From an uncultured Candidatus Poseidoniales archaeon (lineage in GTDB: Archaea > Thermoplasmatota > Poseidoniia > Poseidoniales > Thalassarchaeaceae): a DNA stretch of 64,000 nucleotides. Positions within the stretch are counted from its first letter, which is position 1; every line of letters begins with the position of its first letter. Made by a program: the position numbers and the translations under genes. Location of the stretch: contig CAZKVK010000001.1 in the NCBI GenBank assembly GCA_964556195.1, positions 1,180 to 65,179 of the forward strand, given 5' to 3'. The notes beneath the pieces are model-generated. The model was given only the letters and a program-made list of their open reading frames with translations. It was not told where the DNA came from and ran no database searches. Below are positions 17,382 to 26,043 of this stretch, in pieces.

Positions 17382-19385
17382 ATGGAGGGCCCTCAGAGGG
17401 GAGGAGTGGTGCTGGTTGTAGCACTACTAATGCTAATCAGTATACCATATTCACCAGTTGCGGCTGAGGAAGATGGATCCTGTTGCGTATCGCAGGATTT
17501 CGACCTATTTTTGCTTGGAAGCGCTGACGACGGATCGCTTTCTCCATTTGATTCTGACCTAGATGAGGAATTTGAGCAATTTGTAACTCCTTCCATTCAA
17601 GGATTGGTGGAAATTGGAACTTGGGAAATTACTTGGGGATTACAAGGAGATTACCCTGATTCGACTTGGGAATTCCGAATCCCATACGAGGTTGAATCTG
17701 CCGCTGGAATACAGATTAATGCGACAGTGGGGGTCAATATTGGTAGCACCTACTTTGAGGGAGATGCCGGTGCTGGATTATTCCTAACCAACGAGGGCGA
17801 AGTAGTGATCCCTGTGGAAGTTATAGCAGACGAAGTTCGCTCGGGTGACAGGATAAAATTGACTTTTTCAGTTCGAAGTTTATCCTTCTCCAGCCCTGGT
17901 GATGACGCCGGAATTCGCTTCGTTTGGGGTACGGATGAATTCGCTGGAAGAATATCAATGAAATTCCCCCTAGTCAGTATCGACATGAAAGAACCCAGTG
18001 TAAATGGTAGATTGGTATACTTCCCAATCCTGCTAAAGTCCGGATTTGGAGATAGGATGTGGTCAGCATCAAGCGGAGGTATGGCAGTAGCCAGCAATAC
18101 TATCCCAGATAGTCCAATAGCAACTCCAACGAATAATGGAGTAGAGGTTACATTTGCCTGGCAGATTCCTGAATCCTCAGAATCTGGAACATACGTGGTT
18201 GCATTCCATCTCACTCCACAAACTTCCCTTAGAATTGAGGCTAATCGAACCTATGATATTGGAGCAGGAGAAGATGGCTCAAACACAGGCGGATGGTATC
18301 CTGCGGTGGAACCTCTGAGGACTGGTGGGACCAATCTGCTTGTTGATGTTGAGGCTAAATTTGATGGAGATTCAGTCCAAAGAGAAGTGAAAATCGAATT
18401 TGACGGAGCTATGTCGCAATGGGTTCGTTGGGGCTTAGACAATATCGGAAACAACAGCCTATCTTCGAATAGTTGGTGGCGAAACCTACGTACTTACTCA
18501 GATAGTATTCCCAATTCAGAGTACAATAATGGACAGGTTGACGATTCAGAAATCGCAGCTCTAAACAGCCATCTCGTTGGCTCGGCTTCAGATATGAAGT
18601 CGTTCCTTGCCAATGGATTGTATTTGGATGCAGAGTCGATACTCGGAGTCAATCCCGTCAATCTTGGACCGACTGAGATTACAATCGATTTGGGTCACAC
18701 TCGAGCATTCAGTGCCGAGAGTGTGACTATTCGAATTGATACTTCTCACAAGGTAAATGCCGGTGAAAGGCAACAATTGATTGAGTCATTTATTCGACCG
18801 AGTGATGATGATTTGTACACCAAAGTTGAGTTGAAGGTAGAAATTCGCTCAACTGCTCTACAAGGACTTGGGGGGGTTGCGGCAGAAGATATTGAGGCAA
18901 AGCACCGAAGGTGGATTTTGTTAGAGATGGTTACCATCGATGAGGATGATCTAGACCCAGAGGCATCATTCCGAGTCGAGTTTGTACCAACCGGTGGTGC
19001 ACTCTACTCTCCATTAGTCTCAGCCATGGTCTCTGTCTTCATGTTAGTCTTGGCACTAGGATTGGGTATGGTAATGACAAGGAAGCGGGCAAGGGCACCT
19101 TCCATGCTTACAGTAGTTGTTCTTGGGGGGCTTTCCTTAGCATTGTATGTCTTAGGACTTGATATGCCGTTTGTCCTTGGTGTTGTAGCATCCAGCATGT
19201 TACTGGTTTTCCCTGTGGCACTAGTATCCCCTAGATCGAATTTTGCTGAGAGGGGCGATGTTGGTAAACGAGCCAGTGCCCACGTGAATTGTCCGAAGTG
19301 TGGGGAATCTAATGCCGTTGAATCAGAAGTTAGGCCACTTAGGTTGGAATGCATCGGCTGCGAATCTACCTTACGCCTAGAATAA
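17382..19385 (+). CDS. Secreted/membrane protein (667 aa) with signal peptide, C-terminal 3-helix membrane segment and terminal zinc ribbon
   Basis: Signal peptide GGVVLVVALLMLISIPYSPVAA. C-terminal hydrophobic helices (SAMVSVFMLVLALGLGMV, VVVLGGLSLALYVLGL, VVASSMLLVFPVALV) followed by CPKCGESNAVESEVRPLRLECIGCESTLRLE. Confidence 0.65.
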   Translation: MEGPQRGGVVLVVALLMLISIPYSPVAAEEDGSCCVSQDFDLFLLGSADDGSLSPFDSDLDEEFEQFVTPSIQGLVEIGTWEITWGLQGDYPDSTWEFRIPYEVESAAGIQINATVGVNIGSTYFEGDAGAGLFLTNEGEVVIPVEVIADEVRSGDRIKLTFSVRSLSFSSPGDDAGIRFVWGTDEFAGRISMKFPLVSIDMKEPSVNGRLVYFPILLKSGFGDRMWSASSGGMAVASNTIPDSPIATPTNNGVEVTFAWQIPESSESGTYVVAFHLTPQTSLRIEANRTYDIGAGEDGSNTGGWYPAVEPLRTGGTNLLVDVEAKFDGDSVQREVKIEFDGAMSQWVRWGLDNIGNNSLSSNSWWRNLRTYSDSIPNSEYNNGQVDDSEIAALNSHLVGSASDMKSFLANGLYLDAESILGVNPVNLGPTEITIDLGHTRAFSAESVTIRIDTSHKVNAGERQQLIESFIRPSDDDLYTKVELKVEIRSTALQGLGGVAAEDIEAKHRRWILLEMVTIDEDDLDPEASFRVEFVPTGGALYSPLVSAMVSVFMLVLALGLGMVMTRKRARAPSMLTVVVLGGLSLALYVLGLDMPFVLGVVASSMLLVFPVALVSPRSNFAERGDVGKRASAHVNCPKCGESNAVESEVRPLRLECIGCESTLRLE

Positions 19386-20255
19386 TTATTCGAACGATGG
19401 CGCCCTCCCCGTAGTCAATAATGAATCAACAAAGGAATGAGCTGCTAGGGTGGCCGAGCCTTTTTTCCACAATCTAGCGGCTCTCAGAATTTCCGAGGCA
19501 AGATCGCTATCCCAATTTGGGCCGATTACTCTATGCCAGCCCAATTCTTCCATCCTTGCAGTCGATGGAGTGGATTGAGAAAGGGCAGGCCGCATTAGAT
19601 GAGAAAGGGCTCTTGCTCTCCCTTCCATATCCAAATCTGGCCACCTAGAAGATACTGCCTCCAGGGCTAATTCCTCTATCCAAGGAGTGTTGGATAATTC
19701 GATTGAGGGGACTTCTGGAATTGTGGCGATTCTTGCGCTGCCTTCTTCGACCAACATATCCCGAAGTGTGGTGAAAACCGGATCGTAAGTTGTGTCTAGC
19801 GCTGAATGTAACCAATTCCCAGAAATCAACCACGGACGCAATCTCCGAACTCTTAGACCCTCAGGGGCTAATGAATGAGCGATAGCATGAGCCTGTGCAA
19901 CCGTTGTCAATGGTCCTCGTCTAATGTCACCCGATGAGGAAACCAATCCGTCTACCAGTGCTAATCCCAAACTTAGACGCGGGGGTTCTGGGATGTATTC
20001 AGGACCAGTGTCCTGCGCCGGGCCCAATATGTGAATCCAAGAGCCTTCGGATGGAGATTCCAACTTGAATCGGCGACGATAAGGTAAACCTAGGTCAAGA
20101 AAAGCGGCTTCAATAGGAGCAATGGAAAGGGCACCGATAAGAGAGGGTGCGGCAAGTAACATCACTGGACCCTGATGGGCTTGTAAACCAGATACTGCCC
20201 GGTTCAGGCTAGAGGCCACCGAGGTGAATGGTTCTGACTCAAGCAGTTGCCGCAT
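19386..20255 (-). CDS. hypothetical protein (289 aa), co-directional with and immediately downstream of rps15
   Basis: Long ORF with no strong motif that I recognise. Tight spacing to rps15 (78 bp) suggests co-transcription. Confidence 0.5.
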   Translation of the reverse strand: MRQLLESEPFTSVASSLNRAVSGLQAHQGPVMLLAAPSLIGALSIAPIEAAFLDLGLPYRRRFKLESPSEGSWIHILGPAQDTGPEYIPEPPRLSLGLALVDGLVSSSGDIRRGPLTTVAQAHAIAHSLAPEGLRVRRLRPWLISGNWLHSALDTTYDPVFTTLRDMLVEEGSARIATIPEVPSIELSNTPWIEELALEAVSSRWPDLDMEGRARALSHLMRPALSQSTPSTARMEELGWHRVIGPNWDSDLASEILRAARLWKKGSATLAAHSFVDSLLTTGRAPSFE

Positions 20256-20333
20256 CGTACCTGCTTGCTAGAGGTGGTTCAAATTCCCATCGCTTTGCGA
20301 ATATGCAATTGCTATGGTAGAGAGGAGGGAAAC

Positions 20334-20789
20334 TCATTCGACCATTAGGCGAAGTTGATCGCGCTTGTAGGTCCAATCAGAATCCAGTTTTCCTGTACCT
20401 CTGTAATACTTGGCCAAGCGACGAATCCTAGATTCGGTCAACTCTAGCTGACGGCGATTATGCAAGTCCTTGTGATTACTATTTAGATGGTCAATCATCC
20501 TCAATGCCTGACGCATTAGATTCATCATGTCCTCTGGATAACTCCCTCCGCTTCCATTTCGTTCTAGGGTTTGAGATATCCTCTCACCGGTAACCAACCT
20601 AACATCTGGCACCGCATGTTGGTCTCGAAGGATTGTACCAATCATTGCGTTTGAGTGACCCTCACCTGCCAACTTCAGAATAAGTTCCTCAACGGCCTTT
20701 TTATCGGATTCAGACCACTCAGGAGCATCGGCGACATTCGGCCTATCCGAGCCGCTTTTTCCCTTGCCTTTACTGTGCATTCTTGCCAC
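20334..20789 (-). CDS. rps15: 30S ribosomal protein S15 (uS15, archaeal/eukaryotic S13e type)
   Basis: MARMHSKGKGKSGSDRP N-terminus and the whole 151-aa sequence are characteristic of archaeal uS15. Confidence 0.9.
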   Translation of the reverse strand: MARMHSKGKGKSGSDRPNVADAPEWSESDKKAVEELILKLAGEGHSNAMIGTILRDQHAVPDVRLVTGERISQTLERNGSGGSYPEDMMNLMRQALRMIDHLNSNHKDLHNRRQLELTESRIRRLAKYYRGTGKLDSDWTYKRDQLRLMVE

Positions 20790-20864
20790 TTAGGTCACCT
20801 CAAGCGGCTCGCCGAACTGCTGCCCCTCTTTAATCGCTACGCATGTCACCCAAAGGGTGTTTAC

Positions 20865-22670
20865 TCACAGGCGATGTTTGGCCTTGGCCAATCTACCCGG
20901 TCCATCCGGCCATTCCCACTCCGGTGCCTCAGCCCTTGCACTACCCCTCAAAATCCCGTCTTGGAATACAAGAATTTCATCTCCAGAACGAATATTTGGG
21001 TCGGACTTTGCTACATTAGTGGAGAATAAATCTCCACGCCAATCAAAATTAGAAACTAATTCCACTCTTGGTAAAGCATTGCATGCATCTAATTTAGGCA
21101 AAGCCGCCTTTGAGAAAGAAAATCGACCTGAGCGAGGATTCCATAATGCAATTTGAATTCCATCCTTTTCGATACGGAAAATTGGCGGCCTTCCACTAAC
21201 CTTTGTTCCTTCTAACCAAGCGTCAGTGCCGTGTTGGAAACGAGAGGCGGACTTCAGTTTCTCTAACCTGTGGATACTTTCCTTCGGGTTCGATAATTCG
21301 AATTCTTTACTGGCATCTTCTATTGCTTGTTGTAATCTGTCAAGAGAAGTCTGCGATCCGGCAGATTCACCTTGGCGTGTATCGATAACATGAATTTCTG
21401 GAATTACTATTTCTATTCCTGAATGATTTATGACTAATTCAAATCCATTCCTATTCGCATATTCCCCAACCATTTCACGGATGACTCTCAATTCATCTAC
21501 ATCCCAATCACCCGTAACCGGAATGTCGTAATGAGCTGCTGGCCAAAAGTCCTCTAATTCCCTTGGAACCAGCCCCAATGGTGCAGTAACCATGACTTCG
21601 TTGACAGCTCTTGTTGGAATAGCTCGTTGGAATCTGCGATGTGATTGAGACAGGCGATATGGTTTCTGAGCCGAACAAGGTAGCAAGACAATTATCTTGG
21701 TTTGATGACTTGGGGGGGTGTGCAATTGCGAGACTCGACGTCTCCAATCTCTAATGAGTGGGTCGTCCCTGCTTGCATAGGAGTGGCATAGTAGTCTAGT
21801 TCCTTCTCGAACTACGCTTTCTAGTCCTGCAGAACCAGCATCTAAGCCTGCCTTCTCAGCCATCATTGAATCGTGTCTGCGAAGTCTCTCAACAGATCTA
21901 GGACTAGACAATGACTGTCGTTCTGCAAGCTGACGAATTGTACCATCTCTGATGGCAGAACGCGTTGCTGCGAGGGCTCTTTGCCAAGCCTCAACTTGAT
22001 TCTGGAAATCGGCTTTCTCTCCTGCTGTGAATTCGGGTTCACGAGGTCCGTCTTCAGTTAGTAAGACTCCACGTGCGACTGCTTCTCGAGACCTTGAGAA
22101 GTCGAATAGATCCACGCCCATCCATGATAGTAAAGCGCAATTGTCTGGACCTCCTATACCAGGTGTCCAAATCAGGGAGGTGGTAAATCGACGTCTGATA
22201 GCATCGAGTGCCTCAACCAATCTACCAGGACGCTCTGCAAGTTGAGGTGCATCGATAAGGGAGACTACGGATGGTTCCAGCGCATCGTCCAATAAATTCG
22301 CATCATGATGAAGAGATTGCCAAGAAACAGGCAATAATTGACCTCCAATTGGTTTCTGTCCACTATCGGATTCGACTAGGCTAGACGGCAGGATTAGCCC
22401 TTCTCCTGCTTGCCAAAGTTCAAGTTGCCCAAATGGGAAGCATAAATCCCCCAGTACTTGCATAGACATTGTGGCTGGAATTGTGCTGGATTCCCTGTCT
22501 ATTCGTAATGCTGCAAATGATAGAGGTATTTCGGGATCCTCCAGAGAAACCACCAATCCAGGAGTCCAAGAGGATGGAGACGCTCTGTCTCCTAGGGAGA
22601 AAATACGTGCAAATCGCTGTCTTGCAACTACACTACGCGCCAGCGGCCGCTCTTCAGCACCCTCGCTCAT
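20865..22670 (-). CDS. arcS: archaeosine-pathway enzyme of the ArcTGT/ArcS family (TGT-like domain + PC-x3-KPY-x2-S-x2-H motif + C-terminal PUA domain)
   Basis: TGT-like block WTPGIGGPDNCALLSWMGVDLFDFS. Motif LLPCSAQKPYRLSQSHRRF matches the ArcS signature PCxxxKPYxxSxxH. C-terminal PUA domain (IRSGDEILVFQDGILRGSARA). Start placed at MSEGAEE (22670); the ORF is open to 22910 but that extension would overlap the divergent neighbour. Confidence 0.7.
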   Translation of the reverse strand: MSEGAEERPLARSVVARQRFARIFSLGDRASPSSWTPGLVVSLEDPEIPLSFAALRIDRESSTIPATMSMQVLGDLCFPFGQLELWQAGEGLILPSSLVESDSGQKPIGGQLLPVSWQSLHHDANLLDDALEPSVVSLIDAPQLAERPGRLVEALDAIRRRFTTSLIWTPGIGGPDNCALLSWMGVDLFDFSRSREAVARGVLLTEDGPREPEFTAGEKADFQNQVEAWQRALAATRSAIRDGTIRQLAERQSLSSPRSVERLRRHDSMMAEKAGLDAGSAGLESVVREGTRLLCHSYASRDDPLIRDWRRRVSQLHTPPSHQTKIIVLLPCSAQKPYRLSQSHRRFQRAIPTRAVNEVMVTAPLGLVPRELEDFWPAAHYDIPVTGDWDVDELRVIREMVGEYANRNGFELVINHSGIEIVIPEIHVIDTRQGESAGSQTSLDRLQQAIEDASKEFELSNPKESIHRLEKLKSASRFQHGTDAWLEGTKVSGRPPIFRIEKDGIQIALWNPRSGRFSFSKAALPKLDACNALPRVELVSNFDWRGDLFSTNVAKSDPNIRSGDEILVFQDGILRGSARAEAPEWEWPDGPGRLAKAKHRL

Positions 22671-22731
22671 CGAGGCCGCTAACGATGCGGGTCGCTTGAA
22701 GCATTCTAAGGTGAAGTGGTGTCGGAGCGAT

Positions 22732-24852
22732 GTGCGAGAAGCCGGAGCAGGCCTATTGGCTGTGTTATTTGTGCTGGCTGCGCTCAGCGCTTCCGTCAGT
22801 GCAGACGATGATTCAGAGGTTGTGCTCTGGGAAGATTCGTTCAGTACCACTGGGCCTGTCTGGATCCAAGTTGAGTGCGTGAAAGTTGGCTGTCTAGGAA
22901 TGGAGCTCATTGTTTTTGCAGGTGGGGTTGAACAGAGTCACGAAGATCCTCATCTCGTGGAATGGTCGAGCTGGGCAGATGGTAACGTGTCCTGGAGACT
23001 AATTGTCGAATCCGGCACGGATTATTCGGATGTACGTATAGAAGTGATACTCAGCTGGATGGATGAATGGACAGAACACGAGGATTTGCCTAACATCGTA
23101 CCTCCCCCCGGAGGCCAAGGGAATTACCCTAAGATAGACACCGCTTCGCCGTGTCAAATGCACTTCTGCGGTGCGATAGATCTCATCTCCGAGGGAGTTC
23201 TGTACGTAGGAGCGTTGGAGAACGAGAGTGACAAGGACTCCGTTATGATTGCAGGAGATTCCGGAGACGTGATTCTGCTCAATGGCCTAAGGGGGTCTAA
23301 TGACATCGGTATCGAAATATGGTATAGAGGGACTGAGTCGAAGTCCCTCGTTGAAACTCTCGATAAGTCAGATATGGGGGGCTACTTTGAGTATCCCTCC
23401 GAGGGGGAACTGTGGATACGCCTTGTTCGCTCGACAGAGGAAGGATACTCGCCGTACGAGTTCGAGATTATTCGTTACGATGATGAAACCGAAGCCCCAG
23501 GTGGAGGGGAGTTGAGCAACCCGTGGATTCACGGCGAGGCCATGCCCTTCTACGGAGACTCGTCTCTACTCTACTACGGTCACATTGCCGGCTCAGACTC
23601 GCAGGGTGACTCCCTGCTCATAGCCTCCGGATCCAAAATGCGCCTCTTTCCACAATGTTCGTTCACAGATGATGTCGAGGTTGTAGTCACGCTACACCAA
23701 GTGGACGGTACGAGTATAGGAACCGAGAGCGGGTGTGGCGACGTGTTTGCGACTACAGAACACACGGTCTCAGTAGAATTTGGTCTGACGACTCAGGGTG
23801 TTACATCTGCTTGGGCCATCATGCTCAGTTCGTTGGGCCCTAGTGATGGAAATCATATAGGAGATGCCCCTGACTTTCTCTGGACTGAATCTGACGATCT
23901 AAGTCGATGGCCACTAATTGAATTCAACGTTAGCAACGGCGCAAGCATGCTAGAGGATGAATTTGTAGATGTTTTCGCTTTTGAGGTCACTTCGCCAAAT
24001 GGATCAAGATTACAAATTGATGGAGTTAATTCTCAACCAGTCGATTATCAAATTTTAGTCCTAAATCAGGAATCATGGGCTATCATGAATTCATCGGACG
24101 GAGGATTAATCGATGTGCCGCCCGGTATACACGCTATTCGTGTAGAAAAAATAGGTGAGGCGAGTTTGACCTATTATGAATTCAAACTGGAAAATGGTGG
24201 AGATGTTATCGAGATTGATCCAGATTTGTTCACCGATCAGTCAGACCTATTCATGGATTACTACATATTTGCTGGAGTTTTCCTTCTAGCCCCTGCCCTA
24301 TTAGTGATATTTTGGAATCGTAATCTTTGGAGAGATGGAGTTAACCAAATTGAAATTGAGAAGCATGAATTACGCAGATTAAGACGATTACGTGAACGCT
24401 TGACTGCGCTACTGGCGGAAGAGGAAATTAATGAACAAGTCATCGATTCTGCTCTTCATCAACTTGGAGATAGTCCTTGGCAGGCTGTAGTCGAAGATTG
24501 GGGGGAGCCTCTACTTAGACACAATACAGAACAAGTGGAAATTTGTGCTTGGAGAATTACTGAAGGACAAGCTACCATGTTACTTGGAATTCATATTGCG
24601 GACTCTCCTTGGGAGTTGGCGGCAATGCGAGTCTATGCTCCTGAAGGTACAAGCGTGAGTATTGCAGAAGTTTCTCCTAAACATCTCTTCAATGGAGATG
24701 AAATTTTCTTGGACTCTTTGTCTCCTCAGACTAGTACTTTCCTGAGATTGACCATTTCCGGAGAGCCCTCGAATATTGGATTCCATCTTTCAGGGTTGGT
24801 CGATGGGGAACCATTGGCTGCAGTTCCAAATCGAGCACTTGACTGGTCATGA
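22732..24852 (+). CDS. Surface protein (~706 aa) with signal peptide, C-terminal TM helix and ~190-aa cytoplasmic domain
   Basis: ORF open from 22471, but a signal peptide appears only at (V/M)REAGAGLLAVLFVLAALSASVSA, a GTG start at 22732. TM YYIFAGVFLLAPALLVIFW near the C-terminus, then a charged helical cytoplasmic region. Confidence 0.65.
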   Translation: MREAGAGLLAVLFVLAALSASVSADDDSEVVLWEDSFSTTGPVWIQVECVKVGCLGMELIVFAGGVEQSHEDPHLVEWSSWADGNVSWRLIVESGTDYSDVRIEVILSWMDEWTEHEDLPNIVPPPGGQGNYPKIDTASPCQMHFCGAIDLISEGVLYVGALENESDKDSVMIAGDSGDVILLNGLRGSNDIGIEIWYRGTESKSLVETLDKSDMGGYFEYPSEGELWIRLVRSTEEGYSPYEFEIIRYDDETEAPGGGELSNPWIHGEAMPFYGDSSLLYYGHIAGSDSQGDSLLIASGSKMRLFPQCSFTDDVEVVVTLHQVDGTSIGTESGCGDVFATTEHTVSVEFGLTTQGVTSAWAIMLSSLGPSDGNHIGDAPDFLWTESDDLSRWPLIEFNVSNGASMLEDEFVDVFAFEVTSPNGSRLQIDGVNSQPVDYQILVLNQESWAIMNSSDGGLIDVPPGIHAIRVEKIGEASLTYYEFKLENGGDVIEIDPDLFTDQSDLFMDYYIFAGVFLLAPALLVIFWNRNLWRDGVNQIEIEKHELRRLRRLRERLTALLAEEEINEQVIDSALHQLGDSPWQAVVEDWGEPLLRHNTEQVEICAWRITEGQATMLLGIHIADSPWELAAMRVYAPEGTSVSIAEVSPKHLFNGDEIFLDSLSPQTSTFLRLTISGEPSNIGFHLSGLVDGEPLAAVPNRALDWS

Positions 24853-25989
24853 GCGGCGTCTGTCACGCGCTTCGTCGATTATGTCATCGGTAACCGATGC
24901 GCCTGTACCCAAGTCATCTCTCAACTCTTGTAGTTGCTTTTTCGTGGAGCGGGATAATTTGTCAGGCATTGCGAGTTTAAGCAGAACCATGACTGCACCC
25001 CTGCCTCTTCCGCCTCTTGGATAAGGCAAGCCTCGATTTGGAACTGTGACCGTCTCGCCAGGCTTTGATCCGGCCTTGATACTGACTTTGAGAGGGGAAC
25101 CATCGATGTGTGGGATCTCAATATTTGTTCCTAACAAAAGGTCGACAAAACTTACTGGAAGAGCCATTAACAAATCGGAACCATCCCTTTCAAACCAATC
25201 ATGGTCATCTACCTCAATTTCGATGTACAGATTACCGGGTTTTCCATTTGGATTCCTAGGGGATTCTCCATGACCACTCAATCTCAATCTTGTTCCACTA
25301 TCTATACCTGCAGGAACTGTGAATTTGACTTTCTTGGGCTGCTCTGCTCTACCTTCACCCGAGCAACTTTTACACGGATTTTGAATAATCCGGCCATCTC
25401 CTCCGCAAGCTCTGCAATCTTGTGTAACTTGTTGTTGAAAAGGACCTATTCTTTCTACTCTAGTAAGCCGGCCTCTTCCATCACATGTTGGACATACCCT
25501 AACTCCTTCAGGATTCTGTGAACCACTACCATCACAGCTTATACAACTATTGAGTACATCGATTTCTAGTTCCTCATCAACACCAGTGAAGGCATCTTGG
25601 AAACTAATTACGTGGCGAATAAGAAGGTCAGTACCTCTAGATGACCGTTGTCGAGAAGCACCGCCGAATAAGGATGAGAAAATAGAATCAAAACCACCAC
25701 CAAATAGGTCGTCAATGCTGATATTGACTCCTTGAAATCCTCCAGCTCCCCAAGGAGAACCACCTGGACGATCGTGGCCGAACATGTCGTACTTTCTTCT
25801 CTCATCAGGGTTAGAGAGAATAGCGTAAGCCTCCTGAACTTCCTTGAATTGCGCTTCCGCGTCAGGGTCATCTGGGTTCTTATCCGGATGAAATTCTCTA
25901 GCCTTTGAACGGAAGGCTTTCTTTATATCCGAGGCAGATGCTTTGCGGCCTACTCCCAAAACCTCGTAGTAATCCCTCTTCTGACTCAA
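24847..25989 (-). CDS. dnaJ: chaperone DnaJ (Hsp40)
   Basis: J-domain DYYEVLGV...HPDKNP, G/F-rich linker, four CxxCxGxG zinc-finger repeats (CISCDGSG, CPTCDGRG, CRACGGDG, CKSCSGEG). 4-nt overlap with the convergent upstream gene. Confidence 0.9.
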   Translation of the reverse strand: MSQKRDYYEVLGVGRKASASDIKKAFRSKAREFHPDKNPDDPDAEAQFKEVQEAYAILSNPDERRKYDMFGHDRPGGSPWGAGGFQGVNISIDDLFGGGFDSIFSSLFGGASRQRSSRGTDLLIRHVISFQDAFTGVDEELEIDVLNSCISCDGSGSQNPEGVRVCPTCDGRGRLTRVERIGPFQQQVTQDCRACGGDGRIIQNPCKSCSGEGRAEQPKKVKFTVPAGIDSGTRLRLSGHGESPRNPNGKPGNLYIEIEVDDHDWFERDGSDLLMALPVSFVDLLLGTNIEIPHIDGSPLKVSIKAGSKPGETVTVPNRGLPYPRGGRGRGAVMVLLKLAMPDKLSRSTKKQLQELRDDLGTGASVTDDIIDEARDRRRS

Positions 25990-26043
25990 GTGACCACCAC
26001 ATCCAATTGCTCCCGCGCGCCTGTTTTCAACCCATTGGACTGC

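Noticed and set aside
22471-22731. N-terminal 87 aa of the 793-aa ORF call
   Set aside because: There is no signal peptide until the GTG at 22732, which gives a textbook signal sequence. The upstream part is probably promoter and 5' region translated only because the frame happens to be open.
22671-22910. 681-aa long form of the ArcS-like gene
   Set aside because: This extension would overlap the divergent gene on the opposite strand by ~180 bp. Similarity to TGT N-termini (F-x-I...ETPxxMP-like FSLGDRAS...EDPEIPLSF) begins ~20 aa after the Met at 22670.
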